A DNA stretch of 64,000 nucleotides, taken from the NCBI GenBank assembly GCA_964632315.1, contig CAZWEM010000008.1, forward strand, positions 51,141-115,140. The letters run 5' to 3'. The notes under the pieces are model-generated. The model was given only the letters and a program-made list of their open reading frames with translations. It did no database searches and was not told where the DNA came from. Every line of letters begins with the position of its first letter. Within the stretch, counting starts at the first letter, position 1. This document shows positions 41,856 through 51,572 of this stretch, piece by piece. Position numbers and translations under genes: made by a program. Source of the DNA: an uncultured archaeon. GTDB taxonomy: Archaea; Asgardarchaeota; Lokiarchaeia; Sigyniarchaeales; SOKP01.

Positions 41856-42929
41856 TTAGAATTCGCGCATATAAATATAATCGCAAAATTCGTTGAAAAA
41901 TTGTTTCTGATTTTTATTCAGATCCGGATAGATATCATTAAGATAATTTTTCGCTTGAGAAATTAAATTTTTCGAGAAATGCTCAGCAATTACTATGGCA
42001 TTCGTTTCAGAAAAAATATCAGCTACTCTTTTAATATCACTTTTTGATAGCTCCTCCAAGTGGTAAATTTCATTTAGCTCTCTTGATTGTTGTTCATCGG
42101 TATTTTGGACAGCAAAAATGTAAAGAATCTTTTTCTTTTTTCCTTCAATATCGCTCGTCATATCGAGAATATCATCCCTGATAGCATAAGCTTGACCGAT
42201 TCTTATCATGGCTTCTCCCAAAGGTTCGATTTGATAGTGAATATTCCCTTTAGCCAATATCGCCCCAATTTTAGTTGACTTTTCTAATAGCCGTGCTCTT
42301 TGCATCTCTGCAATATTCAAATATTGTTCTAAAGACATGGTAATGTTATGATATTCCATATACTCCTCAATTATTTGACCTCTCATCAAATAATCCATTG
42401 CAGAAATATATTCATTAATCGCTAATACTTTTAAATTATCTGGAAACTCTGATGATCTAATAACATCTAATCCCATCAGATATGAATGAGTACCTCCTAA
42501 AATACTCATGTTTCGTCCATACATCTTGATTACTTCATTTTTATTCAATACATCACGGTTTTTATACACTTTCTTAATTTCATTTTTGAGTTGTTCATGG
42601 AAAGTAGGTTTATCTCTACGAGTCTTATCGTTATCTATCAAATCATCTTGAATCAAATGCCCAGAATGTAAAAGCTCTACAGCAATTGAAACTTCTCGAA
42701 TCTGATCAATTTGGTCTTCTAAATATATGGGATTTACAATACCTATAAATGCAGCGATCTGTAATATGGGATGTAATCTTTTTGCTTTCTTATTCGTAAT
42801 AAATTCCTCTAATTGGGAAATAAAATCCTTTAGTAAGATTTCTTCTTCATTTTCGTGCATTTTTGAGAAATAAGTATCAATTTTTTCATCGACTTGGATT
42901 TTCTCGTTTTTTAAAAATTCTTCGATCAT
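41856..42929 (-). CDS. Polyprenyl (geranylgeranyl) diphosphate synthase family
   Basis: KRLHP, ELLH, QDDLIDND..RR, GQ, RDDILD. Confidence 0.88.
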   Translation of the reverse strand: MIEEFLKNEKIQVDEKIDTYFSKMHENEEEILLKDFISQLEEFITNKKAKRLHPILQIAAFIGIVNPIYLEDQIDQIREVSIAVELLHSGHLIQDDLIDNDKTRRDKPTFHEQLKNEIKKVYKNRDVLNKNEVIKMYGRNMSILGGTHSYLMGLDVIRSSEFPDNLKVLAINEYISAMDYLMRGQIIEEYMEYHNITMSLEQYLNIAEMQRARLLEKSTKIGAILAKGNIHYQIEPLGEAMIRIGQAYAIRDDILDMTSDIEGKKKKILYIFAVQNTDEQQSRELNEIYHLEELSKSDIKRVADIFSETNAIVIAEHFSKNLISQAKNYLNDIYPDLNKNQKQFFNEFCDYIYMREF

Positions 42930-43028
42930 GATGCTTCACAATTATAAATTATTTCAAATTGTGCTAATAATGTTTTTATTTTGTTTTTAACATTATTTAT
43001 TATAATTTATATAGTAGGGTAAAGAGAT

Positions 43029-43541
43029 ATGTTAATTGCTGTAATATCTGATTCTCATGACCATCGTGACAATATCTTAAAAGCAGTCTCGATCATGAAT
43101 GAAAAGAAAGTGGGAGCTTTAATCCATTGTGGGGACATTTGTTCTCCATTCACGAAAAGGTGGTTTGATAAATTAGATGAGGAGATAAAACTAAAATTTT
43201 ATGCTGTTTTTGGAAATAATGATGGAGAACACGTTTTCTTAAAGAAAAATTTTGGAGAAATGTGTAAGTTCGTAGAAAATGGGCATGAATGGTTGTTAGA
43301 ATTCGATGGAAAAAAAATTTTTGCAGCTCATATGCCAAAACCAGGAGTTATAGAAGCTCTTGCCCATTCTGGAGAATTTGATTACGTATTATCAGGGCAT
43401 ACTCATATTATGGTTAACAGAAAAATAGATAATGGTGTAATTATACTCAATCCCGGAGAAGCTTGCGGTTATTTAACGGGAAAGCCTACGTTTGCAATCA
43501 TTGATACAAAAACAGATAACGCAGATATAATCTATTTATAA
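43029..43541 (+). CDS. YfcE/MJ0936-type metallophosphoesterase
   Basis: ISDSHD, HCGD, GNND, GHTH, NPG. Confidence 0.92.
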   Translation: MLIAVISDSHDHRDNILKAVSIMNEKKVGALIHCGDICSPFTKRWFDKLDEEIKLKFYAVFGNNDGEHVFLKKNFGEMCKFVENGHEWLLEFDGKKIFAAHMPKPGVIEALAHSGEFDYVLSGHTHIMVNRKIDNGVIILNPGEACGYLTGKPTFAIIDTKTDNADIIYL

Positions 43542-43679
43542 ATATCATCAATATTCCTTTAAATTTTAATCCTTTAGGTAATCTTCCTATTTTACTTCTT
43601 ATGATATTATTAGGGGAAGATTTCACCACAGCACCCTTTTTTTAATAACTTTTATCTAAGGCATACAACTTATAAAAAT

Positions 43680-44894
43680 ATGGCATTGCCTCTTGAAAAT
43701 GTAAAAGTTTTAGATTTATCTAGGATGCTACCAGGTCCATATTGTTCAATGATCCTCTCAGATTTGGGTGCCGATGTTATTCATGTGAATGACCCAACAT
43801 TTCCATACAGCAGTCCTCCCCCATTCTTTCAACAGAATAGGTATCGAGAAAGTGCGTTTAATTCAATTTTAATGAGAAATAAACGATCTATTAACCTTAA
43901 TCTAAAAAAAGAGGGTGCTAGAGAAATATTCTATAAATTAGTCTCCCAATCTGACGTATTATTAGAAACTTTTAGACCAAAAGTAACAGATAAGCTCAAA
44001 ATAGATTACGATACTTTATCGAAAATAAATCCATCTTTAGTTTATTGTTCGCTTACAGGTTATGGTCAAAACGGTCCTTATGAACAAATCGCAGGTCATG
44101 ATCTCAATTACGTTGGGATGTGTGGAATACTCGATTTAAATAGACCAAGGAAAGCGTTAAATGACGGTGAACGAGAAGAAGGACCTATCGTTCCAGGCAT
44201 ACAAGCCGCAGATATAGGAGGAGGTTTAATTTCAGTCATAGGAATTCTTGGAGCGCTTTTTGAAAGAAATTTAAATTCAGAAAAAAAAGGTCAATATGTA
44301 GATATTTCAATGCTGGATTCCGTCTTTTCATTCATGCCCATGGCTGCAGCAGTACATTTTTCCAAAGCCTTGAATGATGGTATCCAAAACGAAAATATTT
44401 TACATGGTTCTTGCCCTTATTATTCTGTTTATAGAACAAAGGATGACAAGTACGTGTCAGTAGGAGCAATTGAGTTTAAATTCTGGAGGGATTTATGCCT
44501 AGGGCTTGGGAGAGAAGATCTTAAACCTAAACAAATGGTAAAAGGTGAAGAACGAGAATGGGTATTTGCAGAACTTCAAAACGAGTTTTTAAAAAAGACA
44601 CAGAATGAATGGGTTGGTACATTCAAGGATTTAGATGCTTGTGTCATGCCAGTCAAGTGTTTCGCCGAAGCGTGTGAAGATCCTCAAATAAAAGCACGTG
44701 AAATGGTCACCGAACTAAAGCATCCTAAATTTGGAAAAATTCCTAATATCGCTTCACCAATCAAATATTCAAGAACGAATCTAAAGATTAGAAGTCTTGC
44801 TCCTAAAACTGGTCAACACACTAAAGAAATACTCAAAGGTTTAAATTATACTGATGAGGATATCAAAAATTTTAAGAAGCAAGGATTAATATAA
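43680..44894 (+). CDS. CaiB/BaiF family III CoA-transferase (methylacyl-CoA racemase-like)
   Basis: VLDLSRMLPGP, DLGADVI, RNKRS, FRP, GYGQ.GPY, GHD.NY, ADIGGG. Confidence 0.93.
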   Translation: MALPLENVKVLDLSRMLPGPYCSMILSDLGADVIHVNDPTFPYSSPPPFFQQNRYRESAFNSILMRNKRSINLNLKKEGAREIFYKLVSQSDVLLETFRPKVTDKLKIDYDTLSKINPSLVYCSLTGYGQNGPYEQIAGHDLNYVGMCGILDLNRPRKALNDGEREEGPIVPGIQAADIGGGLISVIGILGALFERNLNSEKKGQYVDISMLDSVFSFMPMAAAVHFSKALNDGIQNENILHGSCPYYSVYRTKDDKYVSVGAIEFKFWRDLCLGLGREDLKPKQMVKGEEREWVFAELQNEFLKKTQNEWVGTFKDLDACVMPVKCFAEACEDPQIKAREMVTELKHPKFGKIPNIASPIKYSRTNLKIRSLAPKTGQHTKEILKGLNYTDEDIKNFKKQGLI

Positions 44895-44924
44895 ATAGAA
44901 ATTTATTGTAATCCAAATCATTTC

Positions 44925-45737
44925 TTGATTTTCATGACTAGAAAGGAGAAATCAAATCCAGGGTATGTACTGAATGACGCTCAGAGAAACTTGTTTTTAA
45001 AAAGAATATTGCCCACTTTATTTTTTGGTTCAATCATTTGGCTAATTTCAGAATTAGTTTTTAGTTATACATTTCAAAATGTACAACTTTCAGGAATGTT
45101 TCTAATCATCTATATAATAGCGATTATAACAGAAGTTGGCTTATTCATAAGCATTTACTTTTTATCTAAACACGATAAGATGGTAATAAGCCTATTTCTC
45201 TACATTTTATTTTCATATCTAGCGGGATTAATTAGTTTACCAATCGCAATTTACACGGAATTTTTAACCCAAGTTCACATGATCGTTAGTCTCACTGTGG
45301 GAGCAAATTTAATCATAATTTTAATGGGTTTCATATTAAGGCAGAAATATTTTGCGAGTGGTCATTTTTGGGGCAACTTTTTTATATTTTTACTTGGGCT
45401 TGTATTAGTTGAAGTTGTATTCATTATAGGTTTTAATATACATAATTATCTGTTAACAGTTCCACTTACATTAGGGTATATCTGTACCATTGCTCTCCCC
45501 ATTATGTTTTATGGAGCTAAAGTTATTAGAAAAAATAAAGAGGTCTCTTGGATATTCATGTTTGCAAAAATCCAAGGAATGATGTTACTTTCATTAATTA
45601 TAGCAGTTGTAGTAGTTGTTATTGTTCTCCTAATTATTGCATTAGCTATCCTTGCAGGAGATTCTAGCGTTGATTTTAGTGGTATAAGTTTTTCTGGAGG
45701 TTCAAGGAAAAAGAAGAAAAAAACTTTAGATATTTAA
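44925..45737 (+). CDS. Polytopic membrane protein, Bax inhibitor-1/YccA-like
   Basis: RNLFLKRI before about 7 TM helices, basic tail; likely start ATG 44934. Confidence 0.55.
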   Translation: MIFMTRKEKSNPGYVLNDAQRNLFLKRILPTLFFGSIIWLISELVFSYTFQNVQLSGMFLIIYIIAIITEVGLFISIYFLSKHDKMVISLFLYILFSYLAGLISLPIAIYTEFLTQVHMIVSLTVGANLIIILMGFILRQKYFASGHFWGNFFIFLLGLVLVEVVFIIGFNIHNYLLTVPLTLGYICTIALPIMFYGAKVIRKNKEVSWIFMFAKIQGMMLLSLIIAVVVVVIVLLIIALAILAGDSSVDFSGISFSGGSRKKKKKTLDI

Positions 45738-46972
45738 AATTTAAAGGCAACTTTAATCGCTTCTGTCTTAAGTTTGTTAGATAAGATATTAAATGCCTCT
45801 TGATAATCATCTAATTTACATGTATGAGTCAGGAATTGAGAAGTTTCTATGAGACCTTGATCAAGAAATCTTAAGAAGAAAGCGATAGCGTGCCTTCTTT
45901 CCTCTTGAAATGTTTCAACACCATACGCATTTGATCCGATGATTTCTAACTCTTTAAAGTAATGTAAGGTATTTTCATATCTTTCTGGATTACTCACTCC
46001 AAGAAATACTAATTTTCCTTGGGTTTTTAAAATTCTGATCCCAACTTCCAATGTTTCAGCAGAGGCAATAGTATCAATAATCCCATCCACTCCATCCATA
46101 GTCCATTTTAAACCTATTTTGGGAGTATATAAATCGATATTTAAATAATTAGAAATTTCTTGAATTAGACTCTTTTGAGAACCCTTGAACACATTTAAAG
46201 CACCCAACTTGGAAGCAAACCTTTCTTGAAATGCATATTTTCCAATTGTTATTACTCTCTTTACTTTGAAGATGTTTTTTAAGCAATGAATCGTCAATAA
46301 ACCAATAACTCCTAATCCATAAACAAGTATCGTGGAATCTGGGCTAGGATCCAATAGTAAAATCGAATGAAAAGCGACAGCAAATGGATCTGCTAAAACT
46401 GCTTGTTCAAAAGCAACGGTTTCAGGCAATAAAAACGCTTGAGATTCGTGAACTACAAATTTAGAAGAAAATCCTCCAAAACCACGTGTTACTCCCAAAT
46501 GCATGCCAGTTGGTAGAAGACCTCTTTTAAAATTATGACAATGCACATAATCTCCAATTTCACATCTATCACATAATGGCATTATCCCCCTAGAACTGCA
46601 AGCAAACCATGGTGAAATCGCAACTCTATCTCCAATTTTATATTGCTTTACATTAGAGCCTACCTTATCTACAGTACCGACTGCTTCATGACCCATTATC
46701 TGAGGAAAAGTTAAGAATGTTTGAAGGGGATTGTCTCTTGATCCATTAAGTGTTATTTCTTTCATATCACTCCCACAAATTCCACAATAGACAGTTTTTA
46801 TAACCATCCAATCCTTGGAAGGTAATTTAGGTGATGGTACACTAGTTAAGCTTAATGGTCCTCCAGGTTTCCAATATCCTGAAGAATTTAATTTTCCACG
46901 AATAAATCCTTTTATGAGTTTTATCCATTTCATCTCGAAAATTAAGGCTGGTATTTCTTCATTAGATTCCAT
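45734..46972 (-). CDS. Zinc-dependent alcohol/polyol dehydrogenase (MDR)
   Basis: CGICGSD, GHE, four structural Cys, YGLGVIG; start ATG 46972 overlaps the upstream paralogue. Confidence 0.9.
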   Translation of the reverse strand: MESNEEIPALIFEMKWIKLIKGFIRGKLNSSGYWKPGGPLSLTSVPSPKLPSKDWMVIKTVYCGICGSDMKEITLNGSRDNPLQTFLTFPQIMGHEAVGTVDKVGSNVKQYKIGDRVAISPWFACSSRGIMPLCDRCEIGDYVHCHNFKRGLLPTGMHLGVTRGFGGFSSKFVVHESQAFLLPETVAFEQAVLADPFAVAFHSILLLDPSPDSTILVYGLGVIGLLTIHCLKNIFKVKRVITIGKYAFQERFASKLGALNVFKGSQKSLIQEISNYLNIDLYTPKIGLKWTMDGVDGIIDTIASAETLEVGIRILKTQGKLVFLGVSNPERYENTLHYFKELEIIGSNAYGVETFQEERRHAIAFFLRFLDQGLIETSQFLTHTCKLDDYQEAFNILSNKLKTEAIKVAFKF

Positions 46973-48233
46973 TATCCTTAACACCTCCCGTAGAATTATC
47001 AAATGAAAAAACAACCTTTACAGATTTGTATTTTTCTTGATTTCGTGCTGTTAAAAAGGCTTTTTTGTAAGAAGAAAGAGGAAATTCATGAGTCACCATT
47101 TCAACTGGATTTATCTTCTTTTCTTCTAGAAATTTGAAATAATGTTCGTAAGCGTGGCCCCTATATCCTTTATATTCTTCAATTGCAAAAGCATTACTAC
47201 CTATTATTCTTACTTCCTTGAAGTACCAAGGAGTCCATTCAAACTTTTTGGGAGAAGATACTCCCGTGACAATTATGGTTCCTGAGCATGGATTCTTTCT
47301 TGACTTGACAAATCTTATCTCAGTTTCAAGAGTTTCTCGAGATGCTACAGTATCAAATACGTAATCAACACCTTCGATCAACCAAGGCAATTGATCATGA
47401 AATGAATAAATATCACACCCCACGTAATCTGCTATTTGTTCGATTACTCTTCTTGGGTTATTAGAGTCTATTATAATATCTGCTCCAAATTTTTTTGCGA
47501 GATCAGCTTGGTGTTTAAATCGAGCAATAGCTATAACCTTTATCCCGTTAAAAATCCTCTTCAAAATCAGCAATGTTAATAATCCCAGATTACCACATCC
47601 ATATACTGCACAAACTGAGCCCTTTTCGGGATTTACTTTGAGAATTGAATGAAATGCAACCGAAAATGGATCTGAAAGGAGTGCTTGTTTCCAGGAGACA
47701 TCATCAGGAATGGGAACTGCCATAGAATAATGGGCGGGGAAGAATTCTGCAAATCCACCTGTAGCATCACTACTATTACCAGAATGAATGCCTGGTGAGA
47801 TACTTCCACGGGTAAAATTTCTACACAAGCTGTTTTTCCCATTTAGACAATATTTGCATTCTTGATCTATTCCTCTAGTTTGGCAGCTTAACCAAGGATT
47901 TAAAACTACGCGATCTCCTTTTTCATGTGTTGAATTCTTCGGTACGTTATCAATGATTCCTACTGCTTCATGACCAAGAACTTGGGGCCATGATATTAAT
48001 GATGTCATTGGATTGTCTCTGTTCCCATCTAAAAAAACTTGTTTATGATCAGAGCCACATATACCGCAATATTTAGTTTTTATGACTAACCAATTTGAGG
48101 GGGCTCTTGGATAAGGAATATCCCGCATTCGAAATGCTCCAAATTTATTTAAATAACCTCTTAAGGAAAAAAGGCCCCCTATTCTGGCAATCGCAAGTTT
48201 AGCAAGGTTATAATTAAATACAAGTGCTTTCAT
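46962..48233 (-). CDS. Zinc-dependent alcohol/polyol dehydrogenase (MDR), paralogue
   Basis: CGICGSD, GHE, C..C.C..C, YGCGNLG. Confidence 0.9.
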   Translation of the reverse strand: MKALVFNYNLAKLAIARIGGLFSLRGYLNKFGAFRMRDIPYPRAPSNWLVIKTKYCGICGSDHKQVFLDGNRDNPMTSLISWPQVLGHEAVGIIDNVPKNSTHEKGDRVVLNPWLSCQTRGIDQECKYCLNGKNSLCRNFTRGSISPGIHSGNSSDATGGFAEFFPAHYSMAVPIPDDVSWKQALLSDPFSVAFHSILKVNPEKGSVCAVYGCGNLGLLTLLILKRIFNGIKVIAIARFKHQADLAKKFGADIIIDSNNPRRVIEQIADYVGCDIYSFHDQLPWLIEGVDYVFDTVASRETLETEIRFVKSRKNPCSGTIIVTGVSSPKKFEWTPWYFKEVRIIGSNAFAIEEYKGYRGHAYEHYFKFLEEKKINPVEMVTHEFPLSSYKKAFLTARNQEKYKSVKVVFSFDNSTGGVKDNGI

Positions 48234-48322
48234 TTAGGTTGATCCTCCTAAATAATATTAAGCTTTATAGATATTTGTATATTTAATAATGATATTATAA
48301 GATATATTAAGCCAAGATTTTA

Positions 48323-48808
48323 ATGAAATTGGATGCAAAAATCTACAAGATATTAACTGATAAAAATATTAATTTTCTGATTTCTGGACCTTCAATAGCT
48401 TTTGCTAATTTAATCAATTTAATTGAAGAGAAACAAGAATTATCACATATTCCTATAACAAAAGAAGATGAAGGAATAGGAATAGCATCAGGATTATTTA
48501 CTGGAGGGAAAAAGTCGATTATAATAATGAATCAGGATGGATTAGGCAACCTGATTAATGCAATTAAATATCTCTCTCATCCTTATAAAATTCCCTTAAT
48601 TTTAATTATTTCTCCTATCCCAAATTTAGACCGGAAGGAAATTTATATGAAAAATAACGATCTTGACCTAATGGACCGTCTTAAAATTAAGACATGGAGA
48701 ATTAAAACAAATAAAGAATTAGATGATTTAAGTGAAGCAATTGACTATTTTGACATGAGAAAAGAAAGTGTAGCAATCATTTTTGAAAGTTCCTTGGAGG
48801 TAATATAA
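48323..48808 (+). CDS. Sulfopyruvate decarboxylase alpha-subunit-like protein (ComD-like, divergent)
   Basis: HIPITKEDEGIGIASG, MNQDGLGNLINA, YKIPL. Confidence 0.75.
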   Translation: MKLDAKIYKILTDKNINFLISGPSIAFANLINLIEEKQELSHIPITKEDEGIGIASGLFTGGKKSIIIMNQDGLGNLINAIKYLSHPYKIPLILIISPIPNLDRKEIYMKNNDLDLMDRLKIKTWRIKTNKELDDLSEAIDYFDMRKESVAIIFESSLEVI

Positions 48809-49368
48809 TGAAAAGACTGGATGCATTTAAAAAAATAGTAGAAATCATTGATGATCAATTCATCATATGTAACTTTGGATATCCTTCAAGAGAATTATAT
48901 CATGTTAAAGACCGTATACAAAACTTTTATTTTTTAGAAAACTCAGAATTAAGTACATCATTTGCTTTGGGGGTAGCACTTGCAAGACCAAATCTAAGTG
49001 TTTGGTGTATCGATAGTGAGGAATCGATATTAAAAAATCTTGGAGTTTTAAGCACTATTTCTAACATGAACCCATTAAACTTAACTGTAATAATTATTGA
49101 TAATGGCGTTTATGATTTAATAGAATATCAAGAAACCCATACAAGACGTAATACAAAATTAGACGTGATAGCTAGGGGAAGTGGTTTAGAATTAATTACA
49201 GTAATTGAAAATAGAGAAGATATTGTTCCCGTATTCAAAGAAATGGGAAAGGGTTGTCAGTTTGTACTCATTAAAACAGAGCCAGGCAATGCAGATGTAC
49301 CACAAATTTCTATTTCTCCTCATATTTTGAAAGATAGGTTTATCAATGCTCTTGAAAAAGAGAATTAA
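48808..49368 (+). CDS. Sulfopyruvate decarboxylase beta-subunit-like protein (ComE-like, ThDP motif degenerate)
   Basis: MKRLDA, N.GYPSRELY..KDR..NFY, IIDNGVY; overlaps upstream stop (TAATG). Confidence 0.78.
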   Translation: MKRLDAFKKIVEIIDDQFIICNFGYPSRELYHVKDRIQNFYFLENSELSTSFALGVALARPNLSVWCIDSEESILKNLGVLSTISNMNPLNLTVIIIDNGVYDLIEYQETHTRRNTKLDVIARGSGLELITVIENREDIVPVFKEMGKGCQFVLIKTEPGNADVPQISISPHILKDRFINALEKEN

Positions 49369-49409
49369 AGAGAGTAATCATAAAAAAGGAAGGAGGAAGT
49401 ATCTTAAAA

Positions 49410-49859
49410 TTGTTGGATGAATGCCTAAAATTCCTTCAAAATAAAGAGTATCAGAAAGCGATTGATTGCATTAAGAAAGCAATTGAAAAAGAACCCAATA
49501 ATGCAATATTTTGGCACAATCTTGGATATATTTATTATGAAATTAAGGATTTGGATAACGCAGTAAATGCAATTAAGAAAGCACTAAATATTAACCCACT
49601 TTTATCCATCGCTTGGACGGAATTAAGTTCGATTCTAATTGACAATGGAAATTTTAAGGATGCAATCGATGCTTGTAAGCGTTCAATAGAGATTAATCCT
49701 AAAGATGCAATAGCTTGGACTAATTTAGGATCCGCATATTATAACATCGATCAATTTGATAAGGCTATTGACGCTTTAAAGAATGCCCTGAAAATAACAC
49801 CAGATCTAGAATTTGCTAAAACAGTTCTTGATTTATCTTTTAAGGCTAAACGCAAGTAA
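49410..49859 (+). CDS. TPR-repeat protein
   Basis: About four repeats of W.NLG..Y...A..A.KKA...NP. Confidence 0.92.
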   Translation: MLDECLKFLQNKEYQKAIDCIKKAIEKEPNNAIFWHNLGYIYYEIKDLDNAVNAIKKALNINPLLSIAWTELSSILIDNGNFKDAIDACKRSIEINPKDAIAWTNLGSAYYNIDQFDKAIDALKNALKITPDLEFAKTVLDLSFKAKRK

Positions 49860-49967
49860 ACTTCAGTATTTCTAGGATAATTCTATCTATAGACCATAAT
49901 TTTATTTAATTGGACTTTTATATGAACTTAAAGCATAATAATTTGATTACGTTCCTCATGAACTAAC

Positions 49968-51485
49968 ATGTCAGAAGAAAGAGAAAAGAGTGAATCCCCC
50001 GATAAAGAAGAAAAAAATGAAAAAGTAGAACATCCAGTTGCATTTAAATCAAGTAAACCTGTAGTAATTGATGCAAACGCGTATAAAACAATTATATTAT
50101 ATGCAAGTAGGTATGCTAATCAAGCATTACCTCCAAATGAATGGAAGGAGATATATGGAATCCTCACTGGCTATGTTGATGACGATTTTCTACACGTTAA
50201 GAATGCTTACGCTCTAACATTTGGTCATGATACCGATGTACAACTTGATGAACGTCATTACGTATTCATTGATGAAATCCAACAGAAATTAGACGAAGAA
50301 AGAAAGAACCATTTTGTTGTTGGATGGTTTCATTCTCACCCTGGTTTGTCTTTATTTTTTTCATATGTCGATCTTATTAATCAATTGGGTTTCCAAGCAA
50401 AATTTGAGGAAGCAATCGGATTGGTATTTGATCATACCTTGTTAGGAAAGAAAAAAGTAGAGTTAATTGGAGAAAATAAACTCACAAAATATGATACTGG
50501 TTTTGAGATATACAGGTTGACAGATGTTAACTTGGATCCAAATTCTGCTGAATATGAAAATAATTATCATAAAGTGGACTATATTGTAGAAGGATTAAAT
50601 AAATATTTCTTTGCCAATGTACTCTCGGAGCTGTCTGCATTGGTAACAGCAGGAAAACCCTTGCAAACTGCCTATGGAGAAAAGAAAGACAGCAAATTAC
50701 TTGATGATGATCCTATTTCTGAAATTGATATGAAACCTGAAAAACAAGATTTGGTCAAGATTCCAATCAAAGAGGATGTTCAATTCAATTTTGATGACTA
50801 TTTTTTTAATGATGATTTGGATCTTGAACAAAAAGAAAATGCGGAACGCCTTATATATGAGGGAGATTTAGCATTTCAAAAAAAAGATACATTCTCTGGC
50901 GTCGAAAAATACCGAAAGGCCATAAAAATATATAAGAATATTAAAGATACTGATAGAGTGTTAGATTTACTAAGAAATATCATTAAATCTTGCGTGTCAA
51001 ATAATCACATGGTCTTAGCTGAGGAGTTTGCCCAAGATTTATTGAATTTGTCAGAAGAGATAGGGAATATGTTTTATCAAGCAGTATCGACTTATATTTT
51101 GGGTTATATTATGTTGAAGAAAGGTGATAATTCAATGCTTAAATCTGCTTTGAACATGGTAAGGGATGCCGCGATTTTATTTGAAAAAGTAGGAGATTTC
51201 GCCGGAGCGGGTATGTGCTTTAATAGGATCGGGACAATTTATCAGATGAGATTGGAAAATTTCGATAGCGCAGGACTATTTCTCAGAGAAGCTGTTGAGA
51301 ATTATAATAAAGCTATAGTCTCTAGCCATCCTTTACGAAAATCTTTATGGAGTAAGCCCGAATTACTCAAAGAAAAAGTGATTGAACTAAAAGATCTAAT
51401 CGAAGAAATACTTCCAAACATCCTTAATGAAAGCATTAAAACTAAGATCGTTAATGATTTGAACTCACTTCAATATAATTTTTAA
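49968..51485 (+). CDS. JAMM/MPN+ metalloisopeptidase (Rpn11/CSN5-like) fused to C-terminal TPR-like solenoid
   Basis: EIYGIL...VVGWFHSHPGLSLFFSYVDLINQ (E, HxH, S, D intact), GLVFD; helical repeats at the C-terminus. Confidence 0.88.
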   Translation: MSEEREKSESPDKEEKNEKVEHPVAFKSSKPVVIDANAYKTIILYASRYANQALPPNEWKEIYGILTGYVDDDFLHVKNAYALTFGHDTDVQLDERHYVFIDEIQQKLDEERKNHFVVGWFHSHPGLSLFFSYVDLINQLGFQAKFEEAIGLVFDHTLLGKKKVELIGENKLTKYDTGFEIYRLTDVNLDPNSAEYENNYHKVDYIVEGLNKYFFANVLSELSALVTAGKPLQTAYGEKKDSKLLDDDPISEIDMKPEKQDLVKIPIKEDVQFNFDDYFFNDDLDLEQKENAERLIYEGDLAFQKKDTFSGVEKYRKAIKIYKNIKDTDRVLDLLRNIIKSCVSNNHMVLAEEFAQDLLNLSEEIGNMFYQAVSTYILGYIMLKKGDNSMLKSALNMVRDAAILFEKVGDFAGAGMCFNRIGTIYQMRLENFDSAGLFLREAVENYNKAIVSSHPLRKSLWSKPELLKEKVIELKDLIEEILPNILNESIKTKIVNDLNSLQYNF

Positions 51486-51572
51486 TAATTGTAACTTACT
51501 TTCAGCGTTTACAATCAAAAAAATTATATTTTATGAATAATTATTGTACATACTCTTTTTTGGTGATTAAAT

